A stretch of 64,000 bases of DNA from Candidatus Adlerbacteria bacterium. Its GTDB lineage: Bacteria; Patescibacteriota; Minisyncoccia; Phycocordibacterales; SBAW01. The translations under genes and the position numbers were made by a program. The notes beneath the pieces are model-generated. The model did not search any database. It was not told where the DNA came from and saw only the letters and a list, made by a program, of their open reading frames with translations. This document shows, piece by piece, positions 28,364 through 37,009 of this stretch. The DNA is taken from the NCBI GenBank assembly GCA_026397405.1, contig JAPLUW010000001.1, forward strand, positions 407,064-471,063, read 5' to 3'. How positions within the stretch are numbered: the first letter of the stretch is position 1; each line of letters opens with the position of its first letter.

Positions 28364-30034
28364 ATGAATGAAATTTTTTATACGGATGTCGCTAATGATT
28401 TGCGTACAATAATCAAAGGAGATATTTCTATCTTAGACAGTGATCGAGAAAAAGCTGCGCGAGACACAAGCCTTTTTTATGTAAAACCTCGCATTGTTGT
28501 CTACCCAAAAAGCAAAGAAGACATTGCAAGACTTGTTGCTTATGTGCATGCAAAAAAAACTAAAGATATAGATCAGGGTGTTCCGTTATCCCTCACCATG
28601 CGAGCCGCTGGTACATGTATGACCGGTGGCCCACTTTCGGAATCCATCGTCGTAGACACAATGAAATACATGAATCATGTATTTTCTGTCACCGACACAG
28701 AGGCCATAACAGAGCCGGGAGTATACTATAGTGATTTTGAGAAAAAAACTCTTGCGCACGGCTGGCTTTTGCCAAGCTATCCGGCGTCTCGTGATTTGGC
28801 TGCGATTGGAGGTATTGTCTCTAATAACTCAGGAGGTGAAAAGACACTTACCTATGGAAAGACGGAAAAGTATGTTCGCTCGCTCCGTGTTGTATTTGCA
28901 AATGGAGAAGAAGATGTTCTAGAACCACTTCATGCAGAGAAACTTATCGCAAAATGCGAAGAGCAAACTGAAAGCGGGCGAATTCATCGAGAGATATTTG
29001 CCCTTGTAAAGGACAACTATGATGTACTGCAACAAGCAAAACCGACAGTAACAAAAAATTCTTCGGGGTACTATCTTTGGAATGTCTACGATAAAGAATC
29101 AGGAGTATTTGACCTATCAAAGCTCGTTGTGGGCAGTCAGGGAACCCTTGCCTGTGTGACTGAAGCGACATTGAGTGGAATTGCCCCCAAAAAACATTCC
29201 AGAATGCTCGTTATGTTTTTGCCAGCCACAACACAACTAGGAGAAATAATTCCAAGACTTTTAAAACATACACCTGAAACCATCGAATCTTATGATGATC
29301 ATACGTTTAAAATAGCGATTAAATTCTTTGGCTCAATTGCAAAAAGCATGGGGGGTACTATGTTGACGCTCGGGTTCCAATTTTTGCCTGAGTTTTGGAT
29401 GGCAATCACTGGCGGAGTTCCAAAGATAATTCTCATGGCAGAATTTGCAGGGGATACTGAAGAAGAAGTTGCAGAGCAGGTACAGTCAGCATATAACGAG
29501 ATGAAGGTATTCGGATTTCCTATTACATTGACGCACTCGGAACAAGAAGCAAAAAAGTATTGGACATTCAGGCGCGAAAGCTTCAACCTGCTTCGCCAGA
29601 AGTTGCGAGGGTATCGAACGGCACCCACAATTGATGATATTGTCGTACACACAAAAGATCTCCCGGAGTTTCTTCCCAAACTTGAAATTATTTTTTCAAA
29701 ATATGATCTTATTTATACTGTAGCCGGACATATGGGAGATGCAAACTTTCATATTATTCCGCTTATTGACATTCATAAAGAAGGAATAGTTGAGACTCTC
29801 CACACACTCATGGATGAAGTCTATACTCTCGTATTTCAGTATGGAGGTTCTATGTCTGGAGAACATAATGACGGACTTTTACGTACCTCGTACCTTTCGC
29901 AGATGTTTAACCCTGAGATCGTACGTCTCTTTGAAAAGACAAAAGATATTTTTGACCCGCTTGCTATTTTAAACCCAGGTAAAAAAGTGTATGGAGACAA
30001 GGGTTTTGCGTGGAATCATATTGATACAAAATAA
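28364..30034 (+). CDS. FAD-linked oxidase (FAD_binding_4 / GlcD-like, D-lactate dehydrogenase family)
   Basis: FAD-binding PCMH domain (VVYPKSKEDIARLV...RAAGTCMTGG) and a C-terminal FAD-oxidase_C region. Start moved to internal ATG 28364. Confidence 0.8.
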   Translation: MNEIFYTDVANDLRTIIKGDISILDSDREKAARDTSLFYVKPRIVVYPKSKEDIARLVAYVHAKKTKDIDQGVPLSLTMRAAGTCMTGGPLSESIVVDTMKYMNHVFSVTDTEAITEPGVYYSDFEKKTLAHGWLLPSYPASRDLAAIGGIVSNNSGGEKTLTYGKTEKYVRSLRVVFANGEEDVLEPLHAEKLIAKCEEQTESGRIHREIFALVKDNYDVLQQAKPTVTKNSSGYYLWNVYDKESGVFDLSKLVVGSQGTLACVTEATLSGIAPKKHSRMLVMFLPATTQLGEIIPRLLKHTPETIESYDDHTFKIAIKFFGSIAKSMGGTMLTLGFQFLPEFWMAITGGVPKIILMAEFAGDTEEEVAEQVQSAYNEMKVFGFPITLTHSEQEAKKYWTFRRESFNLLRQKLRGYRTAPTIDDIVVHTKDLPEFLPKLEIIFSKYDLIYTVAGHMGDANFHIIPLIDIHKEGIVETLHTLMDEVYTLVFQYGGSMSGEHNDGLLRTSYLSQMFNPEIVRLFEKTKDIFDPLAILNPGKKVYGDKGFAWNHIDTK

Positions 30035-30057
30035 AAAATTTGTAGCCATTCTTAATT

Positions 30058-30447
30058 TTGCTATACTACAAGCATATGGAACATACAACTATACAGAGTC
30101 AGACCCCTACTCCTGAAAATAACTCGCCACTGACTCAACAAAAATGCATGGCATGCGAGGGTGGTGTCATTCCTTTTTCAAAGATAGAGGCAGATATATT
30201 ATGCAAGCAAATTCCCGGCTGGGATATTTCGCTTGATGCTAAAAGTATCGCCAAGCGATATGGTTTTAAAGACTTCAATGAAGCTCTTGTTTTTGTAAAT
30301 AAGGTTGGCGTTTTGGCTGAATCAGAGGGGCATCATCCGGACATATATCTGAAAGACTACAAATTTGTAGAGCTCACACTGTCCACCCATGCAATTAACG
30401 GACTCTCTCAAAATGATTTTATTCTTGCGGCTAAAATAGACGCCTAA
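30058..30447 (+). CDS. pterin-4-alpha-carbinolamine dehydratase (PCD/DCoH) with short Cys-containing N-terminal extension
   Basis: PCD signature region FNEALVFVNKVGVLAESEGHHPDIYLKDYKFVELTLSTHA. Confidence 0.85.
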   Translation: MLYYKHMEHTTIQSQTPTPENNSPLTQQKCMACEGGVIPFSKIEADILCKQIPGWDISLDAKSIAKRYGFKDFNEALVFVNKVGVLAESEGHHPDIYLKDYKFVELTLSTHAINGLSQNDFILAAKIDA

Positions 30448-30539
30448 TGTACTAGTATAATTCCATTAAACTATGATTAATCATTCTCCCTGTTATAGTT
30501 CTTGCAATGAAATCATGGTGGATATTAATAAATAACATT

Positions 30540-31667
30540 ATGGAAGAATCTTTGACAAAAAAACTCGATTTTATAGTCATAGGCGCAGGTATTGCCGGGC
30601 TTTCGTGTGCTTATCACCTCACCAAAGATGGTTACAGCGTCATGGTGTTCGAGAAATCGGACGGAAAAGATAATGCAAGCTATGCCTCTACCGCGGAGAT
30701 GAATCACGATCCGGACGCAAGCTGGGATAGGATCATAAGTAAGTTTGGTATTCGGGGGGCAAGGTACATCTGGAAACTTTCTGAATTTTCTGCGCAGAAA
30801 CTTACGAAATTCGCACATCGTCCGGGGTCGGAACACTTTTCGACCAAGCGAGTGCCGGCGCATATTTTTACCTATGACCAGAAAGGCGTAACGCTCTTAA
30901 AAAAGAGATTTGAACTATATAAGAAAATAGGGGCACAGGTTACGTTCACAGAAAACGCAAAATCTCTGCACAAGAATTTTCGTTCCTCGATAACTATAAA
31001 AAACGAAGGCGCAACAAATAACCAAGCTCTACTAATAGCTCTCCGGGCCGCCACGCACGAACAGGGTGGCAAGGTTATGTACAAGACGCCAGTAGTAGAT
31101 CTCAAGGTCAACAAGCAGGGGGTAGAAGTCAGAACAAAAAAAGGGAATATATTTCATGCAAAGCATGTGATACTCGCGACAGGCGGAATAGAGCTCATTA
31201 ATCTCCCGATCAAGATTGGGAGAGAGCGAACGTTTGTTGTGAGTTACAAAAAGCGAAATATGGACAAACTTTTCTCGTCTTCGCTCCTGTGGGATACAGC
31301 TGAGCCATTTCATTACATCCGTTCATTTGTAGGAAAGCGACTTTGGGTCGGAGGAGAAGACGTGGCAGAGGAATCCTATACACCTAGCTCGGACAAAAGG
31401 CATATTGCTGCACTGGATAAATATTCCAGAGAAGTATTGGCACTTGATTCCTCATACGTTCTTGAAAAGAAAAAAAGTTGGAGCGGAGTTTTTTTTCCGA
31501 CCGCGCGTGGATTGCCGTATATTGGCGACGTAGCCGGAACACCTATAAAACTTGCATTAGGATTCGGTGGGTCAGGTATTCTTATGTCTTTTGTATCTGG
31601 ATATCTAATTGCCTCATGGCTGAAGAAAAAAGAAATGAAATACAAACCGCTGTTCAAGATATGGTGA
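30540..31667 (+). CDS. FAD-dependent oxidoreductase (DadA/glycine-oxidase-like)
   Basis: Rossmann DFIVIGAGIAGLSCAYHL. C-terminal GG..G (FGGSGILMS). Confidence 0.8.
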   Translation: MEESLTKKLDFIVIGAGIAGLSCAYHLTKDGYSVMVFEKSDGKDNASYASTAEMNHDPDASWDRIISKFGIRGARYIWKLSEFSAQKLTKFAHRPGSEHFSTKRVPAHIFTYDQKGVTLLKKRFELYKKIGAQVTFTENAKSLHKNFRSSITIKNEGATNNQALLIALRAATHEQGGKVMYKTPVVDLKVNKQGVEVRTKKGNIFHAKHVILATGGIELINLPIKIGRERTFVVSYKKRNMDKLFSSSLLWDTAEPFHYIRSFVGKRLWVGGEDVAEESYTPSSDKRHIAALDKYSREVLALDSSYVLEKKKSWSGVFFPTARGLPYIGDVAGTPIKLALGFGGSGILMSFVSGYLIASWLKKKEMKYKPLFKIW

Positions 31668-31750
31668 ACTTTTACTCCGAATTGGGGAGCTAAGATGTCG
31701 GGGAAAAGGGGCTGGAAAACTGAGGCTTTTAGTGTCTGATCAATACAAAT

Positions 31751-31782
31751 AAAAAAACTCTAACTTTTGTTAGAGTTTTTTT
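31751..31782. terminator. bidirectional rho-independent terminator between convergent genes
   Basis: AAAAAAACTCTAAC...GTTAGAGTTTTTTT. Confidence 0.7.
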
Positions 31783-31801
31783 ATTTGTATTTCAGATGTA
31801 T

Positions 31802-32203
31802 TTATTTTGGCATCAAGACTGAGTCGATGACATGGATTACTCCGTTTGTACATTCTATGTCTGTTTGTACTACTTTGGCGTCGTTTACCATAACTCCATT
31901 TGCAGTGTCTATTTTAACTTCACCACCCTGTACTGTCTTTGCAGAAGTTAGACCCATTACATCAGAAGCCATTACTTTTCCTGCCACTACATGGTACGTA
32001 AGTATAGCTGTTAGCTTTGCTTTATCCGCGAGGACTGCATCGAGAGTCTCTTTTGGAATTTTGGCGAAAGCCTCATCAGTTGGAGCAAATACAGTGAAGG
32101 GCCCTGCACCAGATAGAGTGTCTACTAATCCTGCTACTTGTACTGCTGTTACTAAAGTTTTAAAGGATCCTGCCGCGACAGCTGTTTCTACGATATTTTG
32201 CAT
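31802..32203 (-). CDS. fasciclin (FAS1) domain protein
   Basis: [11 protein letters not shown]...LTYHVV...[13 protein letters not shown]1 motifs. Confidence 0.85.
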   Translation of the reverse strand: MQNIVETAVAAGSFKTLVTAVQVAGLVDTLSGAGPFTVFAPTDEAFAKIPKETLDAVLADKAKLTAILTYHVVAGKVMASDVMGLTSAKTVQGGEVKIDTANGVMVNDAKVVQTDIECTNGVIHVIDSVLMPK

Positions 32204-32265
32204 ATATTTATTTTAAATTGATTAAATATTGTTAATGCATACATGAAACAATTCGGGGTCGGAGA

Positions 32266-32472
32266 TTACTTTCTTCCAAGGTTTCCTAATTGAGTAAGAA
32301 GGTATACAGCTGATAGTCCTACCAATGTATATACTATTCTTGAGATTGCTGACATGTCACCAAACAGAGTTGCAACTAAGTCGAAATTTATTACCCCAAC
32401 TAATGCCCAGTTTAGACCACCTACAATCACAAGGATCATAGATACTAAATCCAATAAGTTTAATTTATTCAT
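32266..32472 (-). CDS. DUF378 family small membrane protein
   Basis: 68 aa. VGGLNWALVG motif. Confidence 0.8.
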   Translation of the reverse strand: MNKLNLLDLVSMILVIVGGLNWALVGVINFDLVATLFGDMSAISRIVYTLVGLSAVYLLTQLGNLGRK

Positions 32473-32584
32473 TTTATTTTTTTAATATTTTAAATTATCA
32501 ATTCGACCTTCCTCACTTGATATAGTTATATTATAAGATTTATGATAAAATAATGCAATACTTGTTTATAATTAACAATAACGT

Positions 32585-33241
32585 ATGTCGATGAATAAAA
32601 CTATGATCAATATACTTATCGCTTTGTTTGTTATTGTGGTGCTTTGGTCTATCTCAGGATTTTTTGGTTCTCGTGTTGAGCAAGCTGACTATACTGTCCT
32701 TGAGATAAAGGATGGATATGAAATACGAGAATATCCGGCACATATCGTAGCGCAGACTATGGTAAAGGGTTCTTATGGAGAATCTATGAATAATGGTTTT
32801 AGAATTGTGGCTGGGTATATCTTTGGCGGGAATACAAAAAAAGAAAGCATAGCCATGACCGCTCCAGTCGTCGCGCAAAGTGGCAAAGGTGAAAAAATAT
32901 CAGAAAGCATAGCCATGACTGTACCAGTCGTCGCGACGACTGAGGGCGACTCGCAAATAATATCTTTCGGCATGCCTCGTTCTTATACTCTGGAAACATT
33001 GCCGACACCAAATGATCCTCGAGTGAAAATTGTGATGATTCCTACCAAGAAATATGCAGTACTGCAGTTCTCATGGTATCGCTCGGATGCTCGGGTAAAA
33101 AACATGCAAGAAAAATTAGCTTCGGCACTTGCTCGTGATGGAGTAGCAACAAAGGGAAACACTGCATACGCTGGATACAATGCACCGTGGACTCCACCGT
33201 GGATGAATCGTAACGAAGTATTGGTTGAAATTATTAATTAA
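32585..33241 (+). CDS. SOUL/HBP heme-binding family protein with internal 20-aa tandem duplication
   Basis: SOUL-like fold (N-terminal TM, GYIFGGN, C-terminal ...YNAPWTPPWMNRNEV). 60-nt tandem duplication at 32843..32935 (ESIAMTAPVV / ESIAMTVPVV). Confidence 0.75.
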   Translation: MSMNKTMINILIALFVIVVLWSISGFFGSRVEQADYTVLEIKDGYEIREYPAHIVAQTMVKGSYGESMNNGFRIVAGYIFGGNTKKESIAMTAPVVAQSGKGEKISESIAMTVPVVATTEGDSQIISFGMPRSYTLETLPTPNDPRVKIVMIPTKKYAVLQFSWYRSDARVKNMQEKLASALARDGVATKGNTAYAGYNAPWTPPWMNRNEVLVEIIN

Positions 33242-33252
33242 TCTTATTTTTT

Positions 33253-33651
33253 ATGTTCATAAAACTTTACGCAATCGCATTACCAGTTTTCTTCGCCATC
33301 GACATGGTGTGGCTCGGGCTCGTGGCCAAAGACTTTTATCGAGGGCAAATAGGCACGCTTATGAAAAGTGATGTCAACTGGACCGCGGGGATTATTTTTT
33401 ACCTGATATTTATTGTGGGACTAGTGGTATTTGTCATCACACCAGCCGTGGAAAGGGGCTCATGGACGCACGCACTACTTTTCGGTGCGCTGTTTGGTTT
33501 GGTGTGTTATGCAACCTATGACCTCACCAACCTCGCGACACTCAAAGATTGGCCATTGCTCGTAACTATCGTTGATTTAGCGTGGGGTGCAGTACTCGCG
33601 GCTTCCGTATCTACCGCGACATACTTCATCGCAAGCAAGATCGGTTTATGA
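33253..33651 (+). CDS. DUF2177 family membrane protein
   Basis: 132 aa with 4 TM helices. YDLTNLATLKDWP motif. Confidence 0.65.
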   Translation: MFIKLYAIALPVFFAIDMVWLGLVAKDFYRGQIGTLMKSDVNWTAGIIFYLIFIVGLVVFVITPAVERGSWTHALLFGALFGLVCYATYDLTNLATLKDWPLLVTIVDLAWGAVLAASVSTATYFIASKIGL

Positions 33652-34412
33652 GTTATTACACAGCGCTCATTTTACTATTGTTTGCATACATGAGCCTGTG
33701 GTTTGCGGTTTCTTTGATTAAAAAAAGGAATGATGTGGCTGATGTGGCATGGGGTCTGGGATTCGTACTCATGACATGGGTGTCTTTTTTTCTTTCGGAT
33801 GATTCGGGAGTAAGAGGGCTGCTGGTGGGTATCTTGGTAACTGTGTGGGGCTTGCGTTTGGCGTGGCATATTCATGCACGAAACAAGGGCAAGGCGGAGG
33901 ACTATCGGTATCTCGCGTGGCGGAAAGAATGGGGCAAGTGGTTTTATATTCGTTCGTATTTCCAAGTCTATCTTTTGCAAGGTCTGTTTTTGTTTCTCAT
34001 CGTTCTGCCAGTACTGCTTATAAACAAAAGTGCAAGCGGAGATATCGGCTTACTCGATTTCTTAGGCGTAGCCGTTTGGCTCTTTGGTTTTTATTATGAA
34101 GCTGTCGGTGATGCACAACTCGCCCGATTTATTAAAAATCCTGCAAACAAAGGTAAGCTACTGCAAAGCGGACTGTGGGCATATACTCGGCATCCAAATT
34201 ATTTTGGTGAAGTAACGCAATGGTGGGGCATTTGGCTTGTCGCGCTTTCTGTACCTAGTGGTTGGTTTAGTATAATTGGGCCGATAACTATAACCTTTTT
34301 GATTTTGAAAGTTTCAGGTATTCCTATGCTCGAGAAAAAAATGGAAGAGAATCCAGATTTTGCAGAGTATAAAAGTAAAACAAGCGTATTTATTCCGTTG
34401 CCTAGAAAATAA
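33648..34412 (+). CDS. DUF1295 / 3-oxo-5-alpha-steroid 4-dehydrogenase-like membrane protein
   Basis: YTRHPNYFGEVTQWWGIW motif. Start ATG 33648 overlaps the previous stop (ATGA). Confidence 0.8.
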   Translation: MSYYTALILLLFAYMSLWFAVSLIKKRNDVADVAWGLGFVLMTWVSFFLSDDSGVRGLLVGILVTVWGLRLAWHIHARNKGKAEDYRYLAWRKEWGKWFYIRSYFQVYLLQGLFLFLIVLPVLLINKSASGDIGLLDFLGVAVWLFGFYYEAVGDAQLARFIKNPANKGKLLQSGLWAYTRHPNYFGEVTQWWGIWLVALSVPSGWFSIIGPITITFLILKVSGIPMLEKKMEENPDFAEYKSKTSVFIPLPRK

Positions 34413-34418
34413 CGTAGC

Positions 34419-34856
34419 ATGCATAATTTTGATCCACGCTTTAAACCAGACCTTACTCCAAAAGAAATGCTTCGTCTTGGAGTCTTTGGCGGATTATATT
34501 TTTCTGATAAGCCGAAGGAATTTCCAAAAGATTGGTGGCGGAGTGCAAAATTATCACCCGATGGAAAACGGCACAAAGAACTGAATTATTTTGGCGTGAA
34601 TGCCAGTCAGCCGCTTTCAGTGTGGCAAGCCAAAGGCTGGATCAATCCACAAGATCCACGTGGATGGTTTCAGTGGTATTGCAGATACTATATGGGTCGT
34701 AGAACAGCCGACGACGAGCGACAAATTAAAAGATGGCTCGCTATGCGACGACATATAATGCAAATCAAAAATAATTGCAGAGCTGAAGATATTTTTTGTC
34801 GGCCTCGCCAAAGACAAGCGGTATTGCATTGGGCCTATGACGCGAGAAAAATGTGA
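34419..34856 (+). CDS. conserved hypothetical protein (possibly DUF4385)
   Basis: 145-aa soluble protein. GWFQWYCRYYMGRR...DERQIKRW. Confidence 0.5.
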   Translation: MHNFDPRFKPDLTPKEMLRLGVFGGLYFSDKPKEFPKDWWRSAKLSPDGKRHKELNYFGVNASQPLSVWQAKGWINPQDPRGWFQWYCRYYMGRRTADDERQIKRWLAMRRHIMQIKNNCRAEDIFCRPRQRQAVLHWAYDARKM

Positions 34857-35208
34857 TCTAGGGAGCAATCCCCGTTGTTTTATAATGTTTTCTAAAAACG
34901 GCGAGGATTGTTGTGCGCGCATAGGGCGGGCGGGGCAAGCACATACAGATTTGTTTGTGCCTATGCACAATCCATATTCTTTAGGGTTACCACTCCACTC
35001 CCTCGAAGCCACCAAGCGAACAGACACAACGCCAAAGCAGCCAGCGCGAGCGAATGCGAGCGGGCTATGCGGAGGCGATTGTGTGTGGTTCGCGGACTCT
35101 AGAACTACCACTAAACGTCGCTATGGCACGCGCCTCGGTCGCCACAAGGAAATGGAGCAAATGGGCTTCATTGTGATAACTTTGTTGCCCTTTGTGGAGT
35201 TTCCTTGT

Positions 35209-35431
35209 GGCGAAGCAAAACCAAAAATTTCCTTTCCATTTCTTTTTCCGCTTCGCGGTGGAGGGGTGGGGGGAGGAGACGCGAGAAAAATGCAAGGAAA
35301 TTTTTTGGTTTTTGCACACGCGAGTCCGCGAGCGTGTCCGAGGCGCATTCCACTACGCGCTCCGCGCGTGCGATTAGTCGGAGTCAGGATTCAACTCAAA
35401 ATACATTCGAACTTTGTTTAATACACACCGC
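35209..35431. repeat. IR2-R: inverted partner of IR2-L
   Basis: Contains ACGCGC-TCC-GCGCGT at 35355..35369. Ends ...ACACACCGC followed by AAAAT. Confidence 0.9.
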
Positions 35432-35600
35432 AAAATAATGCGCCCGACAAGTATGTATTGGGGGGGGATTATATTTTTGCGTGAGAAGCGGATATTTATA
35501 ATTCACCCAGTGCTCCTAGCACGACATCTATTAATAGGTAATAATGTCACTACTGAAGGCCGTTTTCATACGTATCTTTATTCTCTAATACAATTCACAC

Positions 35601-36344
35601 ATGCATTTAAAAGGACTTGTTGATTATGCCCAACCTTTGGTGGCAGCGGGAACGGTGCTCTCATTGGCCTTTGTCATCTCTGTTGGTATCGGGGCATACA
35701 CCTCCTACCAAATTAAGGTGGAAAGTAACACCATCGAAGTGACGGGTTCGGCAAAAGAATCAGTCGTTTCTGACTTTGGACGTTGGACCATTAACCTTAC
35801 TACCGCGACATCTGTCGATAATCAACAAGTGGGGTTCGACCGGTTGGAGAATGCCTCAAAACATATTCTTGCGTATCTTGCTGGCCAGGGATTCGCGAAT
35901 GTAGAAACTCCTGCTCCTGTAGTCGATTCGAGTTATATATATCCTGAAAAGAGCGCACCTATACTTACTGGCTATACAGTATCGCGCCAGATAATTGTAA
36001 GCAGTGCTGACATTGATAAGCTTTCAGTGCTTGCAGGGTCGGTAGCTCCGCTGTCTGGCTTTGGGTATAACGTAACTACAAATAGCGTAGAGCTTACGTA
36101 TCAAAAACTTCCGGAAGAAAGAGTCGTGCTGCTCTCAGGTGCCATTAAAGATGCACAGGCTCGCGCGGAAGCCATCGCAAAAGAAACTGGAAGGTCGGTA
36201 GGGGCCCTTAAGTCAGCCACGGGCGGGGTAGTACAAGTCCTTCCTAAAGGCGGTGTTGATATAAGTGACTCTGGTATGTATGACACCTCCAATAAAAATA
36301 AGGATGTGATGGTTACTGTGCGAGCCAGTTTCATTTTGAAATAA
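35601..36344 (+). CDS. SIMPL domain (DUF541) membrane-anchored protein
   Basis: N-terminal TM. SIMPL-like ~220-aa domain. Confidence 0.65.
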   Translation: MHLKGLVDYAQPLVAAGTVLSLAFVISVGIGAYTSYQIKVESNTIEVTGSAKESVVSDFGRWTINLTTATSVDNQQVGFDRLENASKHILAYLAGQGFANVETPAPVVDSSYIYPEKSAPILTGYTVSRQIIVSSADIDKLSVLAGSVAPLSGFGYNVTTNSVELTYQKLPEERVVLLSGAIKDAQARAEAIAKETGRSVGALKSATGGVVQVLPKGGVDISDSGMYDTSNKNKDVMVTVRASFILK

Positions 36345-36419
36345 CGGATGTTTTAGGAGGCTCAGAAATTGGGGTTAGTAGTATTCTCCGTCAAAAGAAA
36401 AACGAACACAAAGTGTTCG

Positions 36420-36863
36420 TTAGAGATTTCGAGCATTTAGTTGCTCCTGTGTGAGTTCGTCTAGCGTAATTACAAATCCCAGGCCGTGGAACATGTCTAT
36501 CACGCGGTCGATAATACTGTATACAGGGCGTGGTAGCGGGTTGCCCCAACCTGGGTCGCCTCCATGCCATCCGAACGAAAGCACAGTGTGCGGTGCCAGG
36601 GATGACACGTCCGCTTGTTCGTGAGGTACAAGTTTGTCTTGCTTCAATATTGCAGTCAGTGCTTCACGTACAAGCGTTACCATTGTGGGGTCGGTAATTA
36701 TTACATCCCAACTACAGGTAAGGTTGCGCTCTTGTATGTCGATATGGTGTAGCTCGTTGATAACGACGGTGTACTTTTCGCAAAGAGCTTTTGCACGCGC
36801 CTCGCTAATTGAAGAAGTAAAACCACTCTTTCTAGTGCCCGTGCACAGTATGAGGTTCGGCAT
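36420..36863 (-). CDS. hypothetical protein
   Basis: 147-aa ORF with no motif I can name confidently. It is divergent from the DnaA-domain gene, and the palindrome 36928..36948 lies in the shared intergenic region. Confidence 0.5.
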   Translation of the reverse strand: MPNLILCTGTRKSGFTSSISEARAKALCEKYTVVINELHHIDIQERNLTCSWDVIITDPTMVTLVREALTAILKQDKLVPHEQADVSSLAPHTVLSFGWHGGDPGWGNPLPRPVYSIIDRVIDMFHGLGFVITLDELTQEQLNARNL

Positions 36864-36927
36864 GAATGTATCTCCTTGTGCGTTGTGTCCGAATATTGAA
36901 ACGAATTTTATAAGTGAAAAGTCACCA

Positions 36928-36948
36928 AGTTTCTAAATTTAGAAAACT
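36928..36948. promoter_or_regulatory. perfect palindromic operator-like site AGTTTCTAAATTTAGAAAACT
   Basis: 10-nt arms. Sits in the 146-nt divergent intergenic region upstream of the DnaA-domain-IV gene. Confidence 0.45.
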
Positions 36949-37009
36949 ATAGACATTGCAAAACGGCACTGTATAAGTAGTATAAAATCAGCCAGTACAG
37001 GAGGGGCAC

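Larger units (their letters stand above)
23977..35431. mobile_element. composite serine-recombinase element inserted at the tRNA-Ser 3' end: recombinase cassette (IR1-flanked) plus ~9.5-kb AT-rich cargo (IR2-flanked)
   Basis: Nested inverted repeats (see repeat features). Large serine recombinase. Compositional shift of the cargo. Short direct repeat CCGCCAAAAT at 23977 and CCGCAAAAT at 35428. Confidence 0.7.

Noticed and set aside
34617-35421. ORFs 34617..35111(-) and 34837..35421(+)
   Set aside because: The first is antisense to the 34419..34856 gene. Both run through non-coding element-end DNA and the IR, and neither has a motif or RBS.
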